Of a stretch of 64,000 bases of DNA, positions 1 through 10,183 are shown one piece after another. Source of the DNA: an uncultured Candidatus Rokubacteria bacterium (lineage in GTDB: Bacteria > Methylomirabilota > Methylomirabilia > Rokubacteriales > CSP1-6); the NCBI GenBank assembly GCA_963789955.1, contig CAWBMV010000001.1, forward strand, positions 800,001 to 864,000, read 5' to 3'. A program made the position numbers and the translations under genes. A model generated the notes under the pieces. It was given only the letters and a program-made list of their open reading frames with translations, did no database searches and was not told where the DNA came from. Each line of letters starts with the position of its first letter. The first letter of the stretch is position 1.

Positions 1-1291
1 CTCGCGGGCGGCCGCCTCACGCAGCGCCGCTACTGGGATCTGCCCAGGGTGACGGCGTCCGCAGGAGCTCGCGTCACGCGGGAGGAGAGCGTCGTGGCGA
101 TCCGCGCGGCATTGCGTGACGCGGTCCGCCTCCGCCTCGAGAGCGACGTGCCGCTGGGCGTGTTCCTGTCGGGCGGCGTCGACTCGAGCGCGGTCGTGGC
201 CAGCATGCGCGAGGTGACGTCGGGCCGAATCGCCACCTTCTCGGTCGGCTTCGGGCGCGCCGCGCCGTCCTACGACGAGCTGCCAGTACGCACGGCTGGT
301 GGCGCAACGCTTCGCGACCGACCATCACGAGGAGATCCTCGAGCCCGACGTCCGCGCGATCCTGCCGGACATCGTGCGCGCGTTCGACGAGCCGTTCGCC
401 GACTCCTCGGCGATTCCCACGTACGTCGTCGCGCAGGCGACCGCGCGCCACGTCAAGGTCGCGCTCTCGGGAATCGGCGGCGACGAGACGTTCGGCGGCT
501 ATCCGCGCTATCTCGGGCTCCGGGTCTCGGCGCTCCACGGCAAGCTCCCGCGCTGGCTGCGTCACGCCGCTCGGGCGCTCGTCGTCCGGCTGCCCGACTC
601 GGCGTCGAGCCGGAACTGGGCCGACTGGGCCCGGCGCTTCACGGCCGAGCCCGATGCCGCGCCCGGCGATCGCTACATCGGCTGGACCCGGTTCTTCGGC
701 GACACGGCGCTCGCGCGCCTCGTCACGCCCGCGCTGGCCGCGCATCTCGGCGCCGGCGTGGACGAGCTCCAGCAGCGCGCCTTCGCGACCGGCGGCCACG
801 GCGACCCGGTGGACGGCGCCTTCCGCGTCGATCTCGCCGCCTACCTCCCGGACGATCTCCTGACGATGGCGGATCGGATGAGCATGGCCAGCTCGCTCGA
901 GGTGCGCGCGCCCTTCTGCGATCACCGGATCATCGAGGAGAGCCTGCGGCTCTCGCCGCGGAGCAAGATGCCGGGCGGCCGGCTGAAAGGACTCCTGAAG
1001 ACGGCGTTTGCCGGCGTGCTGCCCGACGAGGTGCTCGCGCATCGCAAGCAGGGCTTCATGATTCCGCTCGGCGAGTGGCTCCGCCGCGACCTGCGGCCGA
1101 CCCTCGACGATCTGCTGGCGCCGGACTGTGTCCGCGCGCGAGGCCTGTTCGAGGCGGGCGCCGTCGAAGTCCTGAAGCGCGAGCATCTGAGCGGCGCGCG
1201 CACCCACGCCGATCGGCTCTGGACGCTGATGATGCTCGAGCTGTGGATGCGCGAATACCTCGACGACCGCGGCCGCTGGAGCCTGCGGTGA
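1..1291 (+). CDS. asnB: Asparagine synthase (glutamine-hydrolysing)-family amidotransferase, 5'-truncated by the window; frameshift near 290
   Basis: Motifs SDVPLGVFLSGGVDSS in the first frame, then FDEPFADSS, LSGIGGDETFGGY, DRMSMASSLEVRAPF and RKQGF in the second frame. Glycan-cluster context suggests a polysaccharide amidotransferase. Confidence 0.92.
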
Positions 1292-1298
1292 CCCGCGC

Positions 1299-3464
1299 AT
1301 GAACGGCCGGCTGCGCGTGCTCATGGTCTCCGACGTCTCACCGTCGCGGCCGCTGGGCGGGGGCGAGCGGATGCTCTGGGAGCAGGCGCGGCGTCTCGCC
1401 GGGCGCGGTCACGACGTGCGGGTGGTCAGCCGCGCCGACCCCGACGCGACCGCGCCGGTCTCGATCGAGCGCGAGGGCGTGAGGATCCGGCAGTTCATCG
1501 CCGACCGGCGCTCGATCGCGCGATTCATCAGGAGCTCGGTCTTCGAAGCGCGTCGTGCCGTGGCGGCGGCGCTGAGCGAAGAGCCGGCCGACGTGCTGCA
1601 CGTCCATCAGCCGCTCGCCGGGTACGGCGCGCTCGCGTCACGCGCCGGCGCTCGGCTCCCGAGCCTCTACAGCTTCTACTCGCCGGCGCCGCTCGAGTAT
1701 CGTTCGCGCCACGGGATGACGGCGCGCCATCGCGCCGGACTGTTCGGCGCGACGGGCACCGCGATGCTCTGGGCGATCGAGCGCGCCTGCCTCAGACGCG
1801 CTCGCCTCGTCCACGTGCTGAGCGACTTCTCCGCCGAGCAGCTCTGGAAGCTCTACGCCGTACCGCGGGAGCGCATCGTGCGAATCCGCGGCGCCGCGGC
1901 GACGGATCGGTTCGCGCCGGCGCCCGACCGCGGAGCGATCCGAGGCGCGCTCGGGCTTCCGACCGATCGCCCGCTGCTCCTGACCGTGCGCAACCTGGAA
2001 GCGCGGATGGGCCTCGACAACCTGATCGAAGCGATGAGTCGTCTGAAAGCCCGCTATCCGAGCGCCGTGTTGCTGATCGGCGGCGCCGGCTCCCTTCGCG
2101 GCGCGCTCGAGGCGCAGAGCCGGGCGCTCGGCCTCGGCGATCACGTGAGGTTCCTGGGCTTCGTGCCCGACGCCGACCTGCCACGGTACTACCAGGCCGC
2201 GGACCTCTTCGTGCTGCCCACGCGCGAGCTCGAGGGATTCGGGCTCGTCACGGTGGAGGCGCTCGCCTGCGGGACGCCCGTTCTCGGCACGCCCGTCGGC
2301 GCCACGCCCGAGATCTTGAGAACCTTGTGCCCGTCGCTCGTGTTCCGCGGGACGACGCCCGAGGTGATGGCCGAGGATCTCGAGCGCTTCCTCGCGGACA
2401 AGCAACGCGATCCGGACGCCTACGCGCGGCTCCGCGCGGCGTGTCGCGAGCACGTCGAGCGCCACTACACCTGGGAGCGCGCCACCGACGAGCTCGACGG
2501 GACGCTCCGGCACCTGGCGAGCGCCGGCGGTGAGGTCATGCCGTCGAAGATGCCGGCGACGCTCTCCGGAGGCGATCCGGCTTCGAGCTGCGCCGCGTGC
2601 GGTAGCGTGACCCGTCGGAGCGCGCTCGTCTATCGAGGCGTGCGCTATCGCCGCTGTCCGAGCTGTCGGAGCTCGCTGTCGACGGAGCTGCCGACAGAAT
2701 CCGAGCTGCGGCACACGTACGAGACGGAGTATCCGCTCCTCTTTGCCCCGGAGCAGGTGACCTCGGAGCGGACGCGCCTGTTCGGCGCGCTCCTCGACCG
2801 GCTCGCGGCGCTGGGCCGCGAGCCGTCCAAGCGCCCACGCCTGATCGACGTGGGATCCGGCGGCGGGCACCTGGCCGGGCTCGCGCACGGCCGTCGCTGG
2901 CTCGCGATCAGCACGGACATCGCGCACCCGGCGTGTGCCGTCGCCCGGCGAGCGGGCGAGACGCCGGCGATCCAGGCCGACGGCGCGCTCCTGCCGTTCC
3001 GCGGCGGGACGGCCGACATGGTGACCCTGGTCAACGTGGTCGATCAGGCGCACGAGCCGCTCACGATCCTGCGCGAGGCCCATCGGGTGCTCGCCACCGG
3101 CGGGCTGCTCGCCCTTCGCGTGCCCAACGCTCGGTTTCACCGGCCGTGGGCGAGACTCCTGATCGCGCTCGGCCCGCTGGTGAGATCTCGCGGCTGGGAT
3201 ACCTACCCGGCGGTCCACCACTTCGCGTTCACGCCGGCGGGTCTCCGGCAGCTCGTGGAACGCGCGGGCTTTCAGGTGCTCGAGATCTCGAATTCCGCGC
3301 CGGCCTCCCGGGAGCCCGTGGCGAAGACCGCGGCCGTCGACACCTTGCCGCACTGGGGCCGCGCGACGATCGCCGCGGGCGCGGCGGCGGTGGCCGAGCT
3401 CTCGCGCGACCGCTGGCTCGTCGGACCGTCGGTGGAGCTCTACGCGCGCAAGGGGCCGCGATGA
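1299..3464 (+). CDS. GT4 glycosyltransferase (~aa 1-410) joined in frame to a Zn-ribbon + class I SAM methyltransferase from ATG 2538; may be two genes
   Basis: GT-B motifs GGGER and EGFGLVTVEALACGTPV, followed by CAAC...CPSC and LIDVGSGGG. Confidence 0.8.
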   Translation: MNGRLRVLMVSDVSPSRPLGGGERMLWEQARRLAGRGHDVRVVSRADPDATAPVSIEREGVRIRQFIADRRSIARFIRSSVFEARRAVAAALSEEPADVLHVHQPLAGYGALASRAGARLPSLYSFYSPAPLEYRSRHGMTARHRAGLFGATGTAMLWAIERACLRRARLVHVLSDFSAEQLWKLYAVPRERIVRIRGAAATDRFAPAPDRGAIRGALGLPTDRPLLLTVRNLEARMGLDNLIEAMSRLKARYPSAVLLIGGAGSLRGALEAQSRALGLGDHVRFLGFVPDADLPRYYQAADLFVLPTRELEGFGLVTVEALACGTPVLGTPVGATPEILRTLCPSLVFRGTTPEVMAEDLERFLADKQRDPDAYARLRAACREHVERHYTWERATDELDGTLRHLASAGGEVMPSKMPATLSGGDPASSCAACGSVTRRSALVYRGVRYRRCPSCRSSLSTELPTESELRHTYETEYPLLFAPEQVTSERTRLFGALLDRLAALGREPSKRPRLIDVGSGGGHLAGLAHGRRWLAISTDIAHPACAVARRAGETPAIQADGALLPFRGGTADMVTLVNVVDQAHEPLTILREAHRVLATGGLLALRVPNARFHRPWARLLIALGPLVRSRGWDTYPAVHHFAFTPAGLRQLVERAGFQVLEISNSAPASREPVAKTAAVDTLPHWGRATIAAGAAAVAELSRDRWLVGPSVELYARKGPR

Positions 3465-4623
3465 GCCTGCGCGTCCTGCACCCGATCACGCGGCTCACGC
3501 TCGGCGGCTCGTCGGAGAACACGATCGCGTCGTGCGTCGCGCTCGATCGCGCCGGCTACGACTGCATCCTGGCGACGTCGTTCCGGGAGTCCGACGCCTC
3601 GTCGCTCGCCGACGCGCGGCGGCGCGGGTGCCGGGTCGTCGACATTCCGGCGCTGGGGCGCGAGGTGGCGCCGCTCGCCGACCTCACCGCGCTCGCCGAG
3701 CTCGTGCGGTTGATCCGGCGCGAGCGGCCGGCGATCGTCCACACGCACACCTCGAAGGCCGGATTCATCGGCCGCCTCGCGGCGGTGATCGCGCGTGTGC
3801 CCGCGGTGATCCACCAGCCGCACGGCCACATCTTCTACGGCTACTACAGCCCGCGCCGGACGGCCGTCTTCACCACGCTCGAGCGCCGGGCGGCGCGCTG
3901 GACCGACCGCATCATCACGTTGACCGATCGCGGCACCCAGGAGCATCTGGCGCGCGATATCGGGCGCGCCGAGCAGTACGTCGCGGTGCCGAGCGGCGTG
4001 CCGACCGACCGAGCTTCGCGCCGCGGCGCCCGCCGCGCGGCGGGGCGCGCGCGCGTCTGGGCCTCGATCCTGACGCGTTCGTCGTGGTGGGCCTCGGTCG
4101 TCTGGTGCCGATCAAGGGCTTCGATCTTCTCGCTCGCGCCCTTCCGGCCGTCGTCGCGCAGATCCCGTCGGCACGGGTGCTGCTCGTGGGTGACGGCGCC
4201 GAGCGGGCGCATCTCGGGGCGATCGCCGCGTCGATGGGAGTGACCGAGCGGCTCCGGATGACGGGCGAGACCACCGATATGGCGTCGTACCTGGCGGCCG
4301 CCGACGTCGTGGCCGTGCCGTCGCGGAATGAAGGGATGGGGCGTGTCATCGTCGAGGCAATGGCGCTCGGGCTGCCGGTCGTCGCGACCGCGGTCGGCGG
4401 GATTCCCGACGTCGTCACCGATGGCGAGTGCGGCCGACTGGTCGAGCCCGAAGACGTCGATGCGCTGGCGGCGGCGCTGATCGAGCTCGGACGGGACCCC
4501 GCGCTACGGCGCAAGCTCGGCGAGGCCGCGGTGCGGCGAGCCGAGGCGTTCTCGACGGCCGTCGCGAGCGAGAAGCTGCTGGCGGTCTACGCGACCTTGG
4601 TTCGCGCCAAGGGGCTTCGGTGA
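3461..4623 (+). CDS. GT4 glycosyltransferase; frameshift at ~4005-4040
   Basis: Start MSLRVLHPITRLTLGGS and HTHTSKAG in one frame; GRLVPIKG and EGMGRVIVEAMALGLPVV in the next. Confidence 0.88.
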
Positions 4624-6098
4624 TTCGTCGCGCCGCGTGGCTCGCCGTCGTGGTGTGCGCCCTGGCCGGCGTGGCGATCTCGATCGCCGGCACGGCGGAC
4701 GCGCTCGAGCGGCTGCCGTCGGTGCTCCATCTCCATTCGGATCTCTCCACCGGCGATTTCGCGCTGGAGCAGCTCACCGCGATGGCCGAGAAGCAGGGGA
4801 TCGGGGCGCTCCTCCTCACCGAGAACTATCTCCTGCGCGTCGAGTACGGGCTGCCGCCATTCAGGGCGCTGACTCGCGCGGTTCGCGACGAGCGCTCGGT
4901 GCTCGATCTCGGGATCGATCGCTACCTCGAGCGCGTCGCCCAGGCGCGCGCGGCGAACCCGCGTGTCCTGATCGTCCCCGGCGTGGAGGTGCTGCCGCAC
5001 TACTACTGGACCGGGTCGCCGCTGGCGCTCGACATGGCGGTACACGAGACGCAGAAGAACATGCTGCTCTTCGGTCTCGACGAGGCGGGGCTGCGCGCGC
5101 TGCCGGTCACCGGTCACAGGATCGGCGGGTTCGGCTGGTCGTCGGTGCTCGACGCGCTGCCGGCCCTTCTCGTCATACCCGGCGTCTATCTGCTCATGCG
5201 CAAGCGGCGCGGACTTCGCCGGGTCGGCCGTGTGGTGGTCGTGGTCACGCAGCGCCGATGGGTCGCCGGCGCGATCCTCTGCGGCGTCGCGGTGCTGGCG
5301 GTCGTGCGCGGATGGCCGTTCGCCGAGGATCCGTACCCGCCGTACCACGATCTCGGGCTCGCCCCGCATCAAGATCTCATCGACTACGTCGACCGGCTGG
5401 GCGGCGTCACCGTGTGGTCGTTTCCCGAGGCGCGCGATGCGGGCGAGCAGTGGATGGGACCGGTCAAGGTCTCCTGGTACACGCCGCCGTACCCCGACGA
5501 TCTCCTGAGGACGGCGCGGTACACGGCCTTCGGCGCCGTGTACGAGGACACGACGCGCGTCGAGCGGCCCGGGGGATCCTGGGACCGCTTGCTCGGCGAG
5601 TTCGCGGCCGGAGACCGGAGCCGGCCCGGGTGGGCCGTGGGCGAATCGGGCTTCCACGGATTCACGGCGGGCAAGACCCTCGGGAAGATCCGCACCGTGT
5701 TCCTGGTCGAGGAGCGGACCGAGCGCGCCGTGCTCGACGCGCTGAAGCGCGGACGGTTCTACGCGGTGGAGCAGGACGCCGGGGCGGAGCTGTCGCTGAC
5801 GGAATTCTCGGTCCGCGCCGGGAGCTCCGTCGCGATCTCGGGAGATGTCGCGCGCGCCTCCGAGGCGACGCCGGTCGAGGTCACGATCGCCGTGGAGGCG
5901 ACCGCGGGCACGGCGGCGGCTCGCGACGTGCGCGTGACCCTCGTGCGCAACGGCACGGTCGTCAGAGCGTGGACGGGACCGCCGCCGTTTCGGACCGTTC
6001 ACCGCGACGTCTTCGACGGCTCGCCGACGTTCTACCGGCTCGAGGTGCGCGGGCCCGGACGTCTACTCAGCAACCCGATCTTCGTGAGACGCCTGTGA
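4620..6098 (+). CDS. Membrane-anchored PHP-like (CehA/McbA-like) metallohydrolase-fold protein
   Basis: GTG overlaps the upstream stop. Signal-like N-terminus, HLHSDLS.GD, GVEV, two internal hydrophobic helices, and C-terminal YRLEV...SNPIFV. Confidence 0.6.
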   Translation: MIRRAAWLAVVVCALAGVAISIAGTADALERLPSVLHLHSDLSTGDFALEQLTAMAEKQGIGALLLTENYLLRVEYGLPPFRALTRAVRDERSVLDLGIDRYLERVAQARAANPRVLIVPGVEVLPHYYWTGSPLALDMAVHETQKNMLLFGLDEAGLRALPVTGHRIGGFGWSSVLDALPALLVIPGVYLLMRKRRGLRRVGRVVVVVTQRRWVAGAILCGVAVLAVVRGWPFAEDPYPPYHDLGLAPHQDLIDYVDRLGGVTVWSFPEARDAGEQWMGPVKVSWYTPPYPDDLLRTARYTAFGAVYEDTTRVERPGGSWDRLLGEFAAGDRSRPGWAVGESGFHGFTAGKTLGKIRTVFLVEERTERAVLDALKRGRFYAVEQDAGAELSLTEFSVRAGSSVAISGDVARASEATPVEVTIAVEATAGTAAARDVRVTLVRNGTVVRAWTGPPPFRTVHRDVFDGSPTFYRLEVRGPGRLLSNPIFVRRL

Positions 6099-6114
6099 TC
6101 GCGGCCGGCCGCCG

Positions 6115-6798
6115 ATGAAGATCGCCATCCACCAGCCGCACTACCTGCCGTGGCTCGGCTACTTCGCCAAATGGGCCGCCGCCGACCTGTTCATTTTTCT
6201 CGACACCGTGCAGTACGAGAAGAACGGCTGGCAGAACCGCAACCGGATCAAGACGCGCGAGGGACCACGGTGGCTGACCGTGCCGGTTCGCGCCAAGCTG
6301 GGCACTCCGATCCGCGACGTGCTGGTCGACTCGAGCCAGAACTGGTGCTCCCGCCACCTCGCCACGATCGAGAGCGCGTACAGCGGAGCTCAGGGGTGGC
6401 GCCGATACCGCGACGAGCTCCACGCGTTCTACGGCCGGACGTGGGACCACCTTGCTCCCGTCGCGATCGCCAGTGCCGAATGGCTGGCCGGCAAGCTCGG
6501 AGTCACGACGCCGACCCGGCTCGCATCGGAGCTGGGGCTCCCGGCGGAGGCGCAGGGTGACGCGACTGCCCGATTGGTCGGGCTCTGCCGCGCGGTCGGC
6601 GCCGATACCTATCTAGCCGGCCGGGACGGCGCCCTTTATATGGATATCGCGCAGTTCGAGGCGGCCGGGATCGCCGTCGAAACCCAGCAGTACGAGCACC
6701 CCGTCTATGGCCAGGAACATGGTGAATTTGCTCCGTTTCTTTCGACCCTTGACCTACTATTGAATCACGGCGATGAGGCCCTCGGAGATCCTCAGTGA
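6115..6798 (+). CDS. WbqC family protein
   Basis: IHQPHYLPWLGYF and QYEKNGWQNRNRIKT signature. Confidence 0.9.
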   Translation: MKIAIHQPHYLPWLGYFAKWAAADLFIFLDTVQYEKNGWQNRNRIKTREGPRWLTVPVRAKLGTPIRDVLVDSSQNWCSRHLATIESAYSGAQGWRRYRDELHAFYGRTWDHLAPVAIASAEWLAGKLGVTTPTRLASELGLPAEAQGDATARLVGLCRAVGADTYLAGRDGALYMDIAQFEAAGIAVETQQYEHPVYGQEHGEFAPFLSTLDLLLNHGDEALGDPQ

Positions 6799-6838
6799 GG
6801 GCAGCACGTGGTCGCGCCTCTCGCCCGAGACGAAATAA

Positions 6839-7453
6839 GTGAACATCCTCGCCCTCGGCGCCCATCCCGACGACATCGAGTACGGCTGCGGCGGCATGCT
6901 CGCCAAGTACGCGCTGCGGGGTCACGCGGTCTACATGTTCGTCGCCTCGGACGGAGCGCTCGGTGGCGAGTCCGAGGTGCGCCGGCGCGAGCAGAAGGAC
7001 GCGGCCCGGATCCTGGGCGTGCGCGAGGTGTTCTGGGGCGACTATCGCGATACCGAGGTGCCGCTGACGCGCGAGCTGATCGTCCGTCTCGAGGCGGTGA
7101 TCCGCAAGACCGACCCGCGCATGATCTTCGTCAACTCGCCCGAGGACACGCACCAGGACCACCGCAACCTGGCCCAGAGCGCGATGTCGGCGACGCGCTA
7201 CGTGCCGAACCTCCTGTTCTTCGAAGTGCCCTCGACGGTGAACTTCACGCCGAACTGCGCCACCGACATCGCCGACGTGCTCGAGACGAAGCTGGCCGGG
7301 CTCGCGGCGCACGAATCCCAGGTGACGAAGACCAACATCGAGGACCTGACGATCCTGGAGCTCGCTCGGTCGTGCGCGAACTTCCGCGGCATCCAGGCGC
7401 GAGTCAAGTTCGCGGAGGCCTTCCAGTCGGTCCGACTGCTCCTGAATCTCTGA
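6839..7453 (+). CDS. PIG-L/LmbE family N-deacetylase
   Basis: AHPDDIEYGCGG, RRREQ and HQDH motifs. Confidence 0.9.
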   Translation: MNILALGAHPDDIEYGCGGMLAKYALRGHAVYMFVASDGALGGESEVRRREQKDAARILGVREVFWGDYRDTEVPLTRELIVRLEAVIRKTDPRMIFVNSPEDTHQDHRNLAQSAMSATRYVPNLLFFEVPSTVNFTPNCATDIADVLETKLAGLAAHESQVTKTNIEDLTILELARSCANFRGIQARVKFAEAFQSVRLLLNL

Positions 7454-7454
7454 G

Positions 7455-8513
7455 GTGATTGCCGGGGCTGAGCGCATCATTCCCCACTCGCGGCCGACCC
7501 TGAGCGACGACGACGCCGAGCGTGTCGCGCGTGTCGTCCGCGGCGGCCAGCTCGCGCAGGGGCCCGAGGTCGCGGGACTCGAGCACGAGCTCGCACTTCG
7601 GCTAGGCGTTTCCGCCGCGGCGGCCGTCAGCTCCGGTAGCGCGGCCCTCGAGCTCGCGCTCCGTGCCCTGGCAGTGGGCCCGGGCGACGAGGTCATCATC
7701 CCGACCTACGTCTGCGACGCGGTGTACCAGGCGGTCACACGCTGCGGCGGGAGCCCGGTGCTGGCCGATGCCGATCCCGAGACGCTCGGACTCTCCGCCG
7801 AGGACGCGGCCCGCCGGCGCACGCCGCGAACACGCGCGGTCATCGTCGTGCACCCGTTCGGGCTCGCGGTCGACCTCGCCGACTTCCAGCGCCTGGGTGT
7901 CCCGCTCGTCGAGGACTGTGCGCAGACGCTCGGCGCCACCCTCGGAGGGCGACAGGTCGGCGCGCGGGGCGGACTCGCGGTGTGCTCCTTCTACGCGACC
8001 AAGCTCCTCACCACGGGTGAGGGGGGAGCGGTCGTGGGCCCCGCCGATCTCGTCGCGCGCGCGCGGGACACGCGCGACTACGACGAGCGCACCGAGCTGA
8101 CGCCGCGCTTCAACTACAAGATGACCGACATGCAGGCCGCGCTCGGCCGGAGCCAGCTGGCGCGGCTGGACACCTTCATCGCGCGGCGCCGCGCGCTCGC
8201 CGCGCGCTATCGCGCGTCGCTGGCGCGCGCGCCACGCTGCCGCGTGCCGGCCGACGCCGGCGAGCGTCACGTGTACCACCGCTTCGTGATCGCGGTCGAC
8301 ACGCCGCTCGATCCCGTTCTGGCGCACCTCGAGCGCCGGGGGGTCGCGGCTCGGCGTCCGGTCTTTCGTCCGATCCACCGGGCGCTCGGGCTCTCGGGCT
8401 ATCCGAATGCCGAGCGGCTGTGGAGTCAGTGCCTGTCGATTCCGTGCTATCCGCTCCTCACCGATGGCGAGGCCGATACGGTCGCCTCCGCGCTCGCCGA
8501 GGCGCTCGCGTGA
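7455..8513 (+). CDS. DegT/DnrJ/EryC1/StrS PLP-dependent sugar aminotransferase
   Basis: VEDCAQ, SFYATKLLTTGEGG and FNYKMTD motifs. Confidence 0.92.
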   Translation: MIAGAERIIPHSRPTLSDDDAERVARVVRGGQLAQGPEVAGLEHELALRLGVSAAAAVSSGSAALELALRALAVGPGDEVIIPTYVCDAVYQAVTRCGGSPVLADADPETLGLSAEDAARRRTPRTRAVIVVHPFGLAVDLADFQRLGVPLVEDCAQTLGATLGGRQVGARGGLAVCSFYATKLLTTGEGGAVVGPADLVARARDTRDYDERTELTPRFNYKMTDMQAALGRSQLARLDTFIARRRALAARYRASLARAPRCRVPADAGERHVYHRFVIAVDTPLDPVLAHLERRGVAARRPVFRPIHRALGLSGYPNAERLWSQCLSIPCYPLLTDGEADTVASALAEALA

Positions 8514-9697
8514 TGAACGAGCCGGATCGCTTCCCGCGCGTGTCGACCGCGATTCAATCCGGTCTCGTGACGCCGGGCCCGTCGGCGCCGCACCTCATGA
8601 GGCTGGCGCTGGTGGGTCTGCTCCTGCTGGTGCCGATCTGGGGTCGCGATCACGCGGCGCGCTTGCCGTGGCTCTACCTGGTCATGCTGGCGTTCGCGGT
8701 CGCCTTCTTCGCGACGCCGATGACGCGCATGATCGCGCAGCGGTGGCGCGTGCTCGACATGCCGGCCGCGCGCAAGGTGCACGAGGTCGCGACCCCGCTC
8801 CTGGGCGGCGCCGCGGTCTACTGCGGCTTCGCCGTCACGGTGCTCACGAGCTTCGACTTCTCGCTCCAGCTCAAGGGGGTCGTCGTCGGCGCGACGCTCG
8901 TGGTCGGCATCGGGATCCTGGACGACCTCACCGATCTCCCGGCCTCGCTCAAGCTCGTGGGGCACATCGGCGCCGCGGCGGCCGCGATCGCCTACGGCGT
9001 CGTGCTCAACGTGACGCCGCTCTGGGTGCCCGGGTTCGTGTGGATCAATGTTCTGCTCACGATCCTCTGGTTCGTCACGGTCACCAACGCGGTCCAGTTC
9101 CTCGACGGGATGGACGGCCTGGCCGCGGGCCTCGGCGGGATCGCCGGGATCTTTTTCAGCATCGCGGCGCTGCAGACGGAGCAGCGCTACCTGATGTACC
9201 TGTCGGCCGCGCTGGTCGGAGCTTGTCTAGGGTTTTTACCCTATAACTTCCGTCCGGGACGTGCCCGCATCTTCCTGGGCGACAGCGGCGCGACTTTTAT
9301 CGGGTTCACGCTCGCCGGGCTCGCAGTGATGGGAGAATGGTCTGAGGGGGACCCGATCATCGCGCTGCTGACGCCGTCGTTGATCCTGGGGGTGCCGTTG
9401 TTCGATATCGGATTCGTCGGAGTCGCTCGGATCGTGACGGGCAAGGTGCACTCGCTGCACGAGTGGCTGGCCTACACTGGGCGGGACCACATTCATCACC
9501 GCTTCGAGGCGCTCGGCCTCACGCGCAAGCAGAGCGTGCTGCTGATCTTCTTTCTCGCCTCGACGCTCGGCCTCTCCGCGATCCTCCTGAAGGACGCGAC
9601 CCCGCGCGAGGCGGTGCTCATCCTGGTCCAGGCCGCGTGCGTCCTCGCGATCGTCGCGGTCCTGGAGGGAGTCGGCCGGTGGCGTCCGCGCCCTTGA
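8513..9697 (+). CDS. WecA/MraY-family polyprenyl-phosphate N-acetylhexosamine-1-phosphate transferase
   Basis: Multiple TM helices; GILDD, NAVQFLDGMDGL, IFLGDSG and DHIHH motifs. Confidence 0.9.
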   Translation: MNEPDRFPRVSTAIQSGLVTPGPSAPHLMRLALVGLLLLVPIWGRDHAARLPWLYLVMLAFAVAFFATPMTRMIAQRWRVLDMPAARKVHEVATPLLGGAAVYCGFAVTVLTSFDFSLQLKGVVVGATLVVGIGILDDLTDLPASLKLVGHIGAAAAAIAYGVVLNVTPLWVPGFVWINVLLTILWFVTVTNAVQFLDGMDGLAAGLGGIAGIFFSIAALQTEQRYLMYLSAALVGACLGFLPYNFRPGRARIFLGDSGATFIGFTLAGLAVMGEWSEGDPIIALLTPSLILGVPLFDIGFVGVARIVTGKVHSLHEWLAYTGRDHIHHRFEALGLTRKQSVLLIFFLASTLGLSAILLKDATPREAVLILVQAACVLAIVAVLEGVGRWRPRP

Positions 9698-10176
9698 ACC
9701 GCCTCCGGGGCGCGATCGTCGCGCGGTTCGGCGCGGTGCTGCGGCTCGACGATCCGCCGTGGCGCGTGGCGCTGGCGCTGGCCGTCGGCGTCTTCATCAG
9801 CTGCACGCCGTTCTACGGTCTCCAGACACTCCTGTCGCTGGCGGTCGCCACGGTCTGCCGCCTGAATCGGGCGGTGACGGTGACGGGAGCCTGGCTCAAC
9901 CTGCCGTGGTTCGCGCCGCTCGTGTACGGCTTCGCGCTGCGGATCGGCGCCCTCGTCCTGCCGGATCTCCACGGGGCCGACGTCGCGGAGATCGCCGAGC
10001 TCTTGCAGTCGTCCTCGGCTCTTTCAGCGGCCGACATGCTCGATCTCTTGCGCAACGTCTCGCTGGCGCTGCTGATCGGCACCGCGGCCGTGGGGACGGT
10101 GGCGGGCGCGTTCACGTACGTCACGGCCTTCGTGCTCTTGCGCCGGCGCCGGACCTCGCGGATGCCGCACGTATAA
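9694..10176 (+). CDS. DUF2062 family membrane protein
   Basis: PWRVALALAVGVFISCTPFYGLQT and NLPWFAPLVY; TTG start overlaps the upstream TGA. Confidence 0.78.
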   Translation: MNRLRGAIVARFGAVLRLDDPPWRVALALAVGVFISCTPFYGLQTLLSLAVATVCRLNRAVTVTGAWLNLPWFAPLVYGFALRIGALVLPDLHGADVAEIAELLQSSSALSAADMLDLLRNVSLALLIGTAAVGTVAGAFTYVTAFVLLRRRRTSRMPHV

Positions 10177-10183
10177 TGACGCC

